DNA from: Felis catus
Lineage: Eukaryota
Assembly: GCF_018350175.1 (NCBI RefSeq)
Contig: NC_058368.1
Coordinates: 81,718,001 to 81,782,000 of the forward strand
Length of the DNA stretch: 64,000 nt
Direction of reading: 5' to 3'
The position numbers and the translations under genes were made by a program. Positions 12,562 to 24,126 of the stretch are shown piece after piece (the first letter of the stretch is position 1; each line of letters starts with the position of its first letter). The notes below the pieces were generated by a model that worked only from the letters and a program-made list of their open reading frames with translations, ran no database searches and had not been told where the DNA came from.

Positions 12562-14129
12562 GGGGACTTGGATTTTCTGTTCCTTTTATAGAGTCCTAAC
12601 TGATCTGTTTCCATAGGTTTTAAATTAAGATGCAGGAGGATTGGTTAATGGCCCAATGGTGTCATCGGGGACCCATGCTTCCTCCCATCTTCCCAAGCTG
12701 TCTTCCCCACGGTGACGAAGTTCCTCAAGTGACCTCCTGTCCCGGACATGGGACCCGGCCAGACATGAGGGGGGCCCCGTCCCAGACATGGGACCTGGCC
12801 AGATGTGAGGAGGGCTTCCTCTTTATGTGCCTTTTTAAGAGTGAGCAGCCGTTTCCCCCACAGCAGGACTCATTGGCTTTGACTTGTTTTAAAGCAGTCA
12901 CCGCGAGGAATGGCTGATAGGACCCGGGGTTTGCCCCTCGGCATGCAGGGACAGGGCCCTGGAGCAGGATGGGTTTCCACCAGCCAGGACAGAGGGCATG
13001 TGTCTGCACCGTTGACTAAAACAGACCCTCCTGAGAGACGGGCAGCCTTTGCCAGCAGCCCTGCAAGACGTCTGCTTGTGCCCGCACACCCTCCATCCAA
13101 ATGTCACTGTTTGCAAGGCAGGCTAGTCAAAATCTGGCTCAGCCATCAAGGTCCTGGCAGGAAGCAGGGGGCTTGAGAGACTTAGGAGACGGTGTGAAGG
13201 AGAGACATTTGCCGCGGCACTGTCACGGTTCTGTGACCCAGCCAGGGGTGCTGCTGTCCAGGGACAGCACCGCAGCCTAAAGAGGCAGGGAGTCGTTCTT
13301 GGAGCCTGACACCAGTTGTCACAACTGAACAGGAAGGCCTACAAGCCCTGTCCTCACAGAGGGACACAGACACGGTCCCGGTAGAGGCCAGGCGGGAGGG
13401 GAGTAGGGCACACCCAGCCTCTCAGCCGACTTCAACCCGAAGCAGGCTGTCCTGTTGGTGAAGGTCCAGTGAAGACAGCCACTGGCCTCCTGGGCACAGG
13501 GCAGGACAGAAGGACAGAGTAGATTTGCCTGCAATGTGGAGAATCGACGTGTTGACCAAAACCTGGAGTGTTTTTCTGCAGGAAAGTAGTTCAGAATCCG
13601 GGGTAGTTTAGTCACTATCACCCTGAAGCTGTTCTCATTTCTACCCATCTGCACCTGGGCCAGCAGGTGCACAACCAGGCTTCTCTTCCACCACCAGCCG
13701 GGAGGACGTTCACACCCCTGCACGCCTCCCAGGGCAGGGGTGCTGCCCCTACAGCCGCTGCCCCTCAGATTTCCTGAGTGGTGACCGAGGGGCAGCAGGA
13801 AGAGAAGACAGAGTGAGGGATATCAGTTAAAGCCAGGCTGACTATGGAGCTGGAGAGGGGAAAACAAACGTTCTCTGGTGTTGGTTCCAGGGGTCAGTTC
13901 TGTCTGGTTCAGAGACAGCAGGCACCAGGCGCTGCAGGGGGACCTGGAGGCCGGGTTGCCTTCCCGGGGGTCAGGCTGCCTTCCCTGGGGTCAGGCTTGG
14001 CCTCCTGGTGTCCTGCCTCCGGGAGGGGACTGGTGGGGGGAGGTGGGGCAGGAGCCGGACCAGCCAAACCAGGAGAGGGCTTCACCGTGGGGCTGGCAGC
14101 TGGTGTAACAGGTTCAAGGATTCCAGCCC

Positions 14130-15600
14130 CTCGTCCCCGCCCCCGCCCCCGCCCCCGCCGGACGGTCAGGGTTTCCACTGTCACGACTCTGGAGACCTAA
14201 GGCCAGGAGGCGAGGGCTAGGGAGGGAAGGAGTTTCAGAGGGGAGGGATCCCACGAGGCAGGCCCGATGCTCACCTTCACCCCAGCGCACAAAAGCTGAG
14301 CAAAGCTGGGCAGCCACCTGAGGCACGACTCGGCCCCGTGTGGCACCTGCAAACCAGGAGCGGCCACGCGTGGCGACGGGCCCAGCACCAGGGCGCGCCG
14401 CAGGCCCGTCTGGCGGGTCCCGCGCCGCCATCGGGCCTTCCGGAGGGAGACAGAAGTTTGGGAGCCTGCGGGGGGTGGGGGGTAGGGGGTGGGGGGTGGG
14501 GTGAGGAGCCGGGCCGCGGGTCCGAGGCTCCCCAAGGGGCACGGTCCCCGCGGCCCGGCCGCAGGGCGGGCCCCGGGAGGCGGAAGCAACAGGGAGTCGT
14601 CCCCGCCCGCCGGCCTCCTGCCTCCGGCCTCCGCCCCGGGGCCCTCGGGAAGCCCGCGCCCTGGGGGCGGGCCGGGCACGGGCACGCGGAGGGCGGGCCA
14701 CTGCCGCTCGCGCGCGCGCGCGCGGGGCGCGGGCGCGGGAGTGGGGGCGCGGGGCGGGGGCCGCGGAGCGCATGCTCACTCGCGCTCGTGACGCGCGCGC
14801 CGGGGCCGGGCGGCCGGAGGCAGGGCCGAGAGGGGCGGCGGGCGGGGGGCAGGGGCGGGAGGGGAGGAGCCGGGGCGCCGAGCGGCGCCGAGCGGGGAGA
14901 GGAGGAGCCGAGCGGCGCCGAGCGGAGCAGAGGAGCGGCAGGCGCAGGAGCGGAGCACACGGTCCGCGCCTCCTCGCTCCCGGCCCGCAGCCCCCCGCCG
15001 GCACCCCGGGCCCCGAGCCGCCACCCCGGGCCGGGCCGGGCATGAGCGCGGAGGGGCCGCGGCCGCCTCCCGCTCCGCCCGGCGCGCCCAGGCCGTGACC
15101 GGGTCGGGGGCGCGCGGCCGCACTCGGGCCCGGGCCCATGGGCGCGCCGAGCCGGGCGCGGGGGCGCTGAGCGCGGCGGGCGCGGCCGGAGGAGCCATGG
15201 ACTGCAGCCTGGTGCGGACGCTGGTGCACAGATACGTGAGTGCCGCCTGCCGCGGGGGTGCGGGCTCTGGGGACCCCGCGGCGGCCGGAGGGTGGGACGG
15301 GCCCTGGAGACCCCGCGAGGTTCGGGGGGTGCGAGCCTCGGGGACCCCGCGGGGGTGCGGGGGTGGGTGGGACGGGCCCTGGGTACCCCGCTGCGGCCGG
15401 GCGCGGCTTGCCGAGGGTGCACCTCGGGCTTGCGACGGCCCGGCCCGGGCGTGCACCTGCTCCGCCCCGCCGCCGCGCGCTCCCTGGAGTCCGGAGGGGA
15501 CGGGGCTGCCCCGGGGAGACCTTGGTAGGTTTGCGCGCGGCCCGGGGCTGGGAAGGGACTCCCGTTCGGCTTTGCCTGTCGCGCCCTCACGGGGACTCAG
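14130..15600. promoter_or_regulatory. ATP11A: CpG island / TATA-less promoter and 5' UTR of ATP11A
   Basis: Very high GC and CpG density around exon 1, several GC boxes (GGGGCGGG / CCCCGCCCC), (CG)8 at 14709-14724, an NRF1-like GCGCATGC near 14768 and a CRE half-site TGACG near 14789. The exact TSS cannot be determined from sequence. Confidence 0.9.
15197..15235 (+). CDS. ATP11A: ATP11A (P4-ATPase phospholipid flippase), first coding exon, 13 codons; the gene continues beyond the window
   Basis: GGAGCC-ATG-G strong Kozak context. It translates to MDCSLVRTLVHRY, the N-terminus of mammalian ATP11A as I recall it, and is followed immediately by a canonical phase-0 donor TAC|GTGAGT at 15236. It lies in a CpG island. 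Confidence 0.95.
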
Positions 15601-17809
15601 AGATGGGAGAGTCACACTCCAGAAAGGCAGGGACTTTGGTTCGTGTTTGTAACACCACCGGGGGAATCCAGAAGTGAAGTTTGGCATCTTATCCCCCTCC
15701 CCCCCGAAAGTAACCAATCAGATCGGCGCCCGGGTGTTGTGGGCTTCCTCTGGAGTCCACACTCACTGGTGACCGGGTGTTGGAGTCAGGGGAGGCTCGG
15801 AGGGGAGAGCAGGTTCTGTTTTACATCAGAGCGAGGGGACACCGCGCGCGGCTGTAGTCCCTGGCACCGGTATGAAGGGGGTGTGTGTGTGCACAAGAGA
15901 AGGAAAACTGTCCGGAGGGTGGTGTTTCCTGCCACTGTCTCCACAAAAGGCTCCTTGTTCCCCAGTGGCTGACGTCCGCGCTGGGGCACAGGTCTGAGGA
16001 GTCGCTCTCCCTGAGGATTGAGGGCATCATTATGGGCACTTCGCTATAGGAATTACCTCGGGCAGACTTTTCATCTTTATGAGCTGCCTTTGAGTAGGAC
16101 ACTCTGGCAGAGATCAGTTGTCTCTTTTCATCTCCGGGATTGCCAGGTCACTAACCCCGAGTTGATCACTAACCGGGAGGCTCCAGAGTCCAGGGAACTC
16201 CCGGCCACCTTCCTCAGGCACTTGTTCCCTGGGGCAGGTCTCAGGACCTTACGGTTGAGCGGTTGAGCGGGTTGAGTGAGAGTCACCCAGACTCTGGGAA
16301 GGGCAGGGCCAGACTTGGGATCTGGAGCTCATATGATTTCCCCCAAAGTCCCTGTTCTGATGTGAGTGGTAAATTTGTTTCTCCACTGGGGTAAGTTCTG
16401 GAAACCTCAGTCACAGCGACTGCAGGTGACAAGGCTTGTCAGAGAAATGCGTCGCCGGGCAAGGATGTTCTGTGTTACTCCTGTGTCCAGGAGTTGCGGT
16501 CCTGTTCACAAGGCCTTTTCCGGCCTTTGTTGGCTCAAAGGGAAAAGGAGAAAAGGGTGGAACTAGTATTTGCCTAAAAAGTGCTTACAGCTTTTCAGTT
16601 AATTTTCATTCCCTTCCAACTCTTCACATTTTGTGATCAAAGTAACAAAAAGGAGGGTTTCGCTGTGTGGGGAATGGGCTGCCCGCAGGAGAGTTGCCGG
16701 AGGAGTGGGTGTCTCTCCTCTGACCCTGAGGCTGGAGGCCCCCAAGGATGGATCTGACCTCTCAGTTCCTGACCCTTCTCCCGGGAATGGGGTGGACACA
16801 TGTCCAGCGTTTGCTCTGTCCTTTCCTCCAGGCCCTCAGCTGTTTCAGCTGGTATCAACTTCTATACATTTTCATGTAGTTTGCATATTAAAATTCCCCT
16901 TTGCTGTGTTCTTAGGCTTATGAAATGACATCTTCCCTCAAACCTAAGTGGCATCTTCCTTAATGAACTTTCCCAGCCTGTGCGTTATCTGGTGACGTCC
17001 CTGGAACGCAAGTTAGGGGCTACTGTTATTTGTGTTTCTCAATTCCACGTGTTTTTTTTTTTTTCTTCCAGTCTGATCATTTGACTATTTCACTGTATTC
17101 GCATATGAGACTATTCATTTCTATGATATTAAAGTCATTTTGACTTTAGTCAAACTAGTTTGAGTTTTTCCAGAAACACAATCTGTTTTCTTGGTTATCT
17201 TTAATATGTAGGACTAAATTATATTTCCTTTTGCTAGAGGAAGAGGAGCCTGGGATTGAACGCTTACATCCCTGTGGTTTCTTTATGTGACTTATTTTAT
17301 AAGAATGAACAAAAGCCTGTATATGCCTTGTTCTCTTCCAGTGTCCACATGGTCAGAGTTTCTAGGACAGAGAAAACTTTTAAGCCCCTTCTGAGGTGTG
17401 AGGGTTGCCAAAAGGTAACCTCTTGGAAAACGTTGCTACCGATACTTTATTCTGGCAAATTCCAGGGGGAGAGAGAGAACAGGCAAATGACCGGGAAAAG
17501 TCTGTCCTGGGTCAGGCCACGTACACTCCAGAGCACGAATGACCGGTTGTGTGGATGGTTGTAAGTTGTGCACAGATTATTTGTGTTTACAAATAGCACG
17601 GTGTTTATGTACGGTGATGTGTGTGTCACGAGGTAGTTTGGCCTACTTAAAAAAATTTTTTTTTTTAATTTAAAAAGTGGATGGAAAGCTAGTGTCATTT
17701 CCTCTTTAGACACGCGAGCTGGGAAGCCCGGTTTCAGGCCAGGGTTTCAGTTCTGGGGGAACCAGCGTAGCCTGGCGGGTCACCGCAGCTTCTGTGGGCA
17801 CCTGCTTGA

Positions 17810-17990
17810 ATGTGAACCTGGCTGGCCTGCTGCGTGAGTGCTGTAACCTTGGGGAGAGGTTCTCTCATCTGAGAACAGTCCTGGCTCCCGTTCAGGGGGC
17901 TGTCATCAGGACTGTGTGTGTGAGGTGATACAGGGCAGGAGCTGAGAGCGGTGCCTGGCTCTCAGGAAATGCTCAGGACATTTATCACCA
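17810..17990 (+). mobile_element. MIR SINE fragment
   Basis: gctgtaaccttggggagag...tctctcatctgagaa...gagcggtgcctggctctcaggaaatgctca, a diverged MIR core and tail. Confidence 0.55.
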
Positions 17991-20332
17991 CCGGCTGTTA
18001 ACACAGTTGGGTCCCGGCAGGCCGGGTTGGCACGGAGGCAGGGAGAAACCCTCTGTTGGTTGACGCCAGTCAGCGCCGTCAGTGGGGCCCGGGCTGCACG
18101 GGAGGTCACTGGTGCCCCAAGATACCGCAGGCCATGTGCAGAGTCCACGGTCCACATCTGGCCATGAAGTTGGTTCATGGGGGAGCATCCCAGGCCAGGA
18201 TGCGCTCACGGCCATGACACCACGTCCCTTGCCTTCCGTGCTGCACATTTAGAAGACCCGACTTTAACGCTCTGGAGGTCAGGAGCCTAATTTTGTTACG
18301 TCTGTGTGATGTGTCTGCCACCCTCAGCCGGGGCATTCGCGAGTTCTTTTCTGCCACCTGCCACGGTCTCTACTTGTGTCTTACACTGTTTGCTCTCTAG
18401 GATATTTCGAACATTTTAAGAGACTAAACTTCTGAAAAAGGTGAAGGTTTTCCTTGCTGGCAGTAGATCATGTTTCTGGAACAATCTGTTACACCAGGAC
18501 TTTATAAGGAAAAAGTAAATATTTTTGGTCCCTGGGAGAACTTTAAGCATGACTGTGTTCGAGTGCATTAAACCATCTAAAGGTCCAACTGTTTTATGTG
18601 CGCGCATGTGTCTACTTTTGTTCCTTTTTATCAGCAAGCCATCTGTGACACACGGTCAGCGTTCACCTGAGAGGCGGCCTGTCCTAAAACGGCATTCTTT
18701 CGACTTGGTGACTCCAGTCTCTGTTAAACACTTAAAATGCCGGGGGATTTGGGAGTTGCCTCTCCTGATCCAGCGTTAGATGGCCCTGTGGGGTGTGCAG
18801 GTATTTGACAGAGGTGAACCCCCCCTCGGCCACGGCCACGGTCACTCCGCCTGTCCCCTGTGGACCAGGGCTGCCCGGCCTCGGCCTCACCTGCTGAGGT
18901 GTTCACACAAGCTTGCCCAGCCCTGATCCTGACCTCAGCGGTACTGCTTCTCAGCCGCACATTTTAAAGTAATCTGCCTGGTCTGTAACTTAACCTTTAT
19001 GTTCTAGCTTTCAGTTAAAGTTTCTGCATTTTCTCTCAAACCCTGTTTAACTTCTGCGTGTTGAGAGCAAGTGATCCTGAGAGGCTTTTATTCCGTGCCA
19101 CAGGGTCAGTTTCATAACACTGGGGAAGAGGAGCGTGTATGATGGGTTTTGCTACAGTCCGTTAAGTTTCTAGGGATGAGGATGCTGTCTCCGTTTACAG
19201 TTGGTTAGAACTGTATTGAAACCACTGATAAACAGACTTCACCGCTTAACTGCACAGGAAGTCCTGTGTTTACAAACCTAAACGCAAATTGTTCCCTGTG
19301 CTTGGACCAGATGTTCCAGCAGAAACGGTTGATGAGACATGGTTGGATCCCTAAGTCCCAGACTTATAAATGTTTTTCTAACCCAGTTAAATGGAGGCAG
19401 AAATGCTATTTATTTGCAGAGAAAATCAATGGAAGGCGATTTTTACAGGGCTAGCAGCTCAGGACTAAACAAGGACTGTTTTTGCTTTCACTGGGATGCT
19501 GGTACCTGAGAGAAACAGAATAGTAGATCACGGAGGCCACAGCTCGTACCCCGCCTCTGCCTTGTGAGCCGTGGGCACGCCGGCCAACTTCCCCGGTTTC
19601 TCTCTTGAGACAGAGGTGATGAGGGTACCTTCCTGCACGGAGCTTTCATGGGCCCTGCTGGGAATAGATTCCACCCCCTCCACACCCCTGCCAGTGTTCA
19701 CAGACCTCCAGACCCTCCCCTTTACGTGGAGCATGGAGACTTTGCCCTGGGCTTCGTGGAGGGAAGGCAGTCACCAGACAGGACACCCCCTCTCCCAGGC
19801 AGCCCACCAGCCCTGCCCTGTCTGCTCTTGCCTCCTTCTGGTGTGGGGCCCCACGTCTCTCTCTTTCTCCTGGATCATCTGTGTCCCTCGATCGTCTCTG
19901 TGGCAGCGGCCAACCCTTCAGATTGCCCCTTCTTTGCAGACTTTCCCGACCCCACACGCCCCTCCCGTTCTCAACCTCTTCCATTTCCTTCACAGCTGAA
20001 CTTCTGCTATTGTGCTGCTGTCTCCTGCTGCCCCCCTGCAGTCCCCTCACACTCCAGAGGGTTCACCACCATCACCCTGGTGGCCTCAGGTCCACCTGTG
20101 AGGCCCTTGGTGTCCTTCGGGTCCCCCCAGCTCACACTGAGAGCATGCTGACTTCTCTCTGAGCCTTGCACATCCAAGCTCTGTCCCTGGGGCACTTACC
20201 TTCAGATAGGGGGAGGCAGACAGAGAGCAAAACACAGGCATAAATGTTGGGGTGGACCTGGGGGAGTGAGCCGTGTGCCAGGCAGACAGGCTGCACTGCA
20301 GCCCCGTAGCAGCCCCTCGGCTTTCCTGCCTG

Positions 20333-20892
20333 CCCCGGACCCTGTGCTGGCACCTTCCCCCCTCCATCCGTACCCCTGCCCGGCCCTTCTCGGGTCCCCC
20401 AGACTCCGTGCTGGTGCCCTCCCTCCTCCATCTGCACCCCTGCCCAGCCCTTCTTGGGTCCCCCGGGCCCCGTGCTGGCGCCCTCCCGCCTCCATCCGCA
20501 CCCCTGCCTGGCCCTTCTCGGGCCCCCAGACCCTGTGCTGGGACCCTGCCCCCTCCATCCGTACCCCTGCCCCACCCTTCTCGGGTTCCCAGGACCCCGT
20601 GCTGGCACCCTCACCCCTCCATCCTCACCCCTGCCCGGCCCTTCTCGGGTTCCCAGGACCCCGTGCTGGCGCCCTCCCCCTTCCATCCGCACCCCTGCCC
20701 GGCCCTTCTCAGGTCCCCCGGGCTCTGTGCTGGCGCCCTCCCTCCTTCATCCACACCCCTGCCCGGCCCTTCTTGGGCCCCCAGACTCCGTGCTAGCACC
20801 CTCCCCCCTCCACCTGCACCCTTGCCTGGCCCTTCTCGGGCCCCCGGACCCTGTGCTGGCACCCTCCCCCCTCCATCCGCACCCCTGCCTGG
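20333..20892. repeat. C-rich minisatellite, about 9 copies of a ~63 bp unit
   Basis: Unit consensus ccccggaccccgtgctggcaccctccccctccatccgcacccctgcccggcccttctcgggt, repeated head to tail. Confidence 0.95.
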
Positions 20893-23726
20893 GAGGAGCC
20901 CCCAAATACCTTCTCCATGTCCGTGGGTCCCACATCTCTTTCTTTCCGCATCCCAGCTGCCCTGCCATGCTCCTGAACAGTTCCTGGTGCAGGGTCATTC
21001 CTGCGGAAACATCTGCCGAACAAGTGATTTCCACCTCCCCCTTTCAGTATTGCTGATACGTACATGGGCGGATGCTTCTGAAGGAAACTCACGGGTGCTT
21101 CCAAGGATCAGGAGTGATTCATGATTCATGAGAGTCTCTTAAAACATGTTTAATGTGACTTCAAACTTTTGGATTTTCTCTTGGTACATTTCACAGTGGT
21201 CACTAAGCTGTGGGGGCGGCAGGCAGCTGGCCCACCTCCTCGCGCGGTGAGCACTACACTGGCGAGGGTTGGGTCCTCAGGGCCACAGCCCAGGGTCCCC
21301 GCGCCCCACTGGGGGGCCTGCCTGGCTTGGTGGCTTCCATGGGACACATTTCCCCGGTCTCGGTTTAGCGCTTCCTGTGGATCGTGGCGAGTCCTCGGGT
21401 AACTGGGTCCCTGGGACTGGCGTTCTGGCTGGACCACGGGCCCTCTCCTGGAGGCATGTGGAGCCCAGGCTCTTACCTGACCCCTGACACAGGGCACAGA
21501 ACTTCTGGCACAAATGCTTTTCATTTTCTGGGCAAGTAACTGGGTTTCCCAAAATTTGTTAGATTCTCAAAGGAGCACCTGCCTTGGTCAGGGTTGGAGC
21601 CCTTGTCCGAGGACACAGGTGGGAAGCTGGTGGCCCACCCGGGGCGGTGGGGATGCCTATCTGCACCTGCAGGAGCCGCAGGGGCCCGAGAGCCAGGCTG
21701 AGTGTCCGCAGGGGATTTCTGGCCTTTCCCCAGCCTCTCCTTTGTCGGGCTGAGGCCAGACCCGAACGGGAGCTCTGTGGGCAGCCGCACCTGTACTTGC
21801 CTCTGCAAACAGCTCTTGAAACGTGTCCCCAGCCACTCTAGGTGGGGGAGATACTCATTTTGTGTGAATATGAACTGGGTTCTTGTCAGAAGCGGTGGGT
21901 AAATTTTTCCTGCTCAGACAGTTGGTGAAACAGTTGGTGAATATAAAATCATTTCCTTGGTTTAGAAAATAAGATGGGAATTTCAAGAGAAGGTTTGTTA
22001 CCTACGAGGAAGACTTTGGCCAAAGACCAGCAAATTATGCATTCCGCACAGGTGGTGTCTCTGCCCCCAGTCTGCTCATCCCCTTGCTCCCATGCCCCAG
22101 AATGGAATAAGGAGGGGGGCTGCTGAGAGAGAGGGAGGGAGAGAGACACAGGGACAGAGACAGAGAGAGAGCAACAGAGAACAAAGGGACGGCCCCCTCT
22201 CTGAAGGAGCCTGGGATGTCTTGCATGGGAAACAAGGAGCCCTTGCAGCGTCTCCATGACGGGCACCCCGTCTGTTCCGCACAAGAAGTGATCTTGGCCA
22301 CTGCGGTCTGCGTCCCGTGAGGGGTGGTCCTGTGCCGTCAGCGTGCCCTGCCGCGTCCTGGAATGACCTTGAGAAGCAGGCCAGTCCACTCACAGCTCAC
22401 TGCAGGGGTCACTTCATTGAAACCCTGGACCTCTTTTGCCTTATTGGTGAGTTTGCCCCCAGGTGCCCCTGCCTGGACCCAGTTTCCCGCCTCCCAGATC
22501 AGACTCGGGAGGACAGCGGGCGCTTTGCAGGAGGACATGGGGACAGAAGTTCATGAACCAGGGTGTACCCAACAATGAGAGTGGTCTTGGCACTCTGAGG
22601 TGTGCCGTCTGGAGAAGCTGGTTTGTAACTATGATCTGCTTGGACCCCTGGTCCTTCTTCTCATTGTTACCCTGGGGCCTGCACTTTCATGTCCAGGAAA
22701 CACACAGATATGACATTTTCTTGATGTGCGTGAGCATGTATCTATGCTCATGAGTTAGCGTATGCGTAGTTAGTCCCGGGATGGCAGGTGGTGGTTGGCA
22801 TGTGACAGCCAGGCTCTGCTTAGTTTGGTTCAGAGGTGAGGAGCTCGGGGGCACAGGAAAACGGTCGTCTGCCCTCCTGGAGAAGACCCCCCATGTGTGC
22901 CTGATGCTGTCGTGCCGGGAGGATTCCGGACCCAGGGAACCAAGGGCCGGGGGTAGAATCTGGTGTAAAGCACGTGGCCAGCAATTCATTTGGCCCCGTG
23001 AGTAACTTTCCCACGTCGTTACGGCCCCGGAGAGACGGAGCAGCCCCGGCAGGTCTCATCGCCAACGTAGACTGTGCGGGTACCATGTTGGGCTCAGGTT
23101 GAAGGTACCTCTTCCTTCCTCCAGTGGTACCTGCTTGTGGAACCCGTCGTGTCTCAGGACCTAAGCCGTCTCCGGAGGATGGAGATCCGTGAGAGGCTGT
23201 AGATACGGCTCCGTGGTAAGGAGCCGTGCGTGCCCAAGAAGGTGCCGGAACATGCTTCCCCTTTGCCCCGAGAGTCCCGAATTCTTCATGTAGACGTGGC
23301 GTGTGGCCCAGACCCATGAGGGGAGCCCGCACGCTTCCAGGCTGCTCCTCGCTGACACACTCACCTGGGGGCTCGCTCCCCCTCCCATGTCAGCTCGAGT
23401 GTGCAAGGAGAGAGTAGGCTGCAAAATCAAAGTAAGTGGCGCAAAATCGACACATGCACCAGGCTCTTCTTGGAAGCCCTGCAGCCTGCAGCCCTGCAGC
23501 CCTGAAGCCTGGTGCTGTGTGTCGATTTTGCTCCATTTACTTTGATTTTTCAGCTCACCTCTTCTGCCCTCCGTGTCTTTTCCTGTGTCTTACTGGGTGA
23601 GGTTAGCAGCCGGCCAGTTTCTAGAATGGTCGTCCTGCTGACATGGATTATCAGGGAAACAGATGCTAAGAATGTGGTATAGGAGGAATTGTTTTCATCC
23701 AGAGATGACACTCTGTTCACTGTGTT

Positions 23727-23832
23727 TTCTTTTTTTTCTTTACTTACTTTGAGAGAGGGAGAGAGCAAGTGCAAGCTGGGGCAGGGCAGAGAGAGAGAGA
23801 CCGGATCCCAGGCAGGCTCCAGGTTATCACTG
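23727..23832 (-). mobile_element. Can-SINE 3' fragment
   Basis: T-rich tail, GA tract and atcccaggcaggctcc; the head is missing. Confidence 0.75.
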
Positions 23833-23853
23833 AAGACAGAGTGAGACAGGTAC

Positions 23854-24126
23854 GTGTCTGTCTCAGCTCAGGCTGGGTGACAAAACGCCCCAGGCCGGGC
23901 AGCTTAGACCACAGACAGCCCAAGATCAAGGAGCTGGCACATTCATTTCTGGTGAGAGCCCCTTCCTGGCCTGCAGAAGGCCGCCCTTGCACCGTGTCCT
24001 CACGCGGCCTTTGCGCGTGTGCTCAGAGAGAGAGAAAATGTTGGTGATCACCGTCTCCAGGTATGATCACACGGGGCTTCGGGCTTGAATATGTGAATTT
24101 GGGAGAGGCCCCGTCCAGTCTGTAAT
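23854..24126 (-). mobile_element. MLT1 (ERVL-MaLR) LTR, internally deleted
   Basis: Typical reverse-strand MLT1 motifs: cccaagatcaaggagctggca, ttctggtgagagcccttcctggcctgcagaaggccgcc, gggcttgaatatgtgaatttggg. Confidence 0.7.

Noticed and set aside
1..14000. Orthologs of the non-coding neighbours annotated around human ATP11A (ATP11AUN upstream, ATP11A-AS1 intronic)
   Set aside because: They are expected by synteny only; I cannot recognise their exons from sequence, so I did not call them.
15095..15652. 185 aa ORF containing MDCSLVRTLVHRY as a single-exon gene
   Set aside because: Similarity to ATP11A stops exactly at the GTGAGT donor; the rest is intron read-through and 5' UTR.
14114..15717. 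Long overlapping ORFs (235-437 aa) on both strands
   Set aside because: They are Pro/Arg/Gly/Ala-rich products of a CpG island where stop codons are rare. Only the 13-codon ATP11A exon is recognisable.
20132..21124. Proline-rich repetitive ORFs up to 283 aa
   Set aside because: They derive from the 63 bp minisatellite and are open in several frames on both strands.
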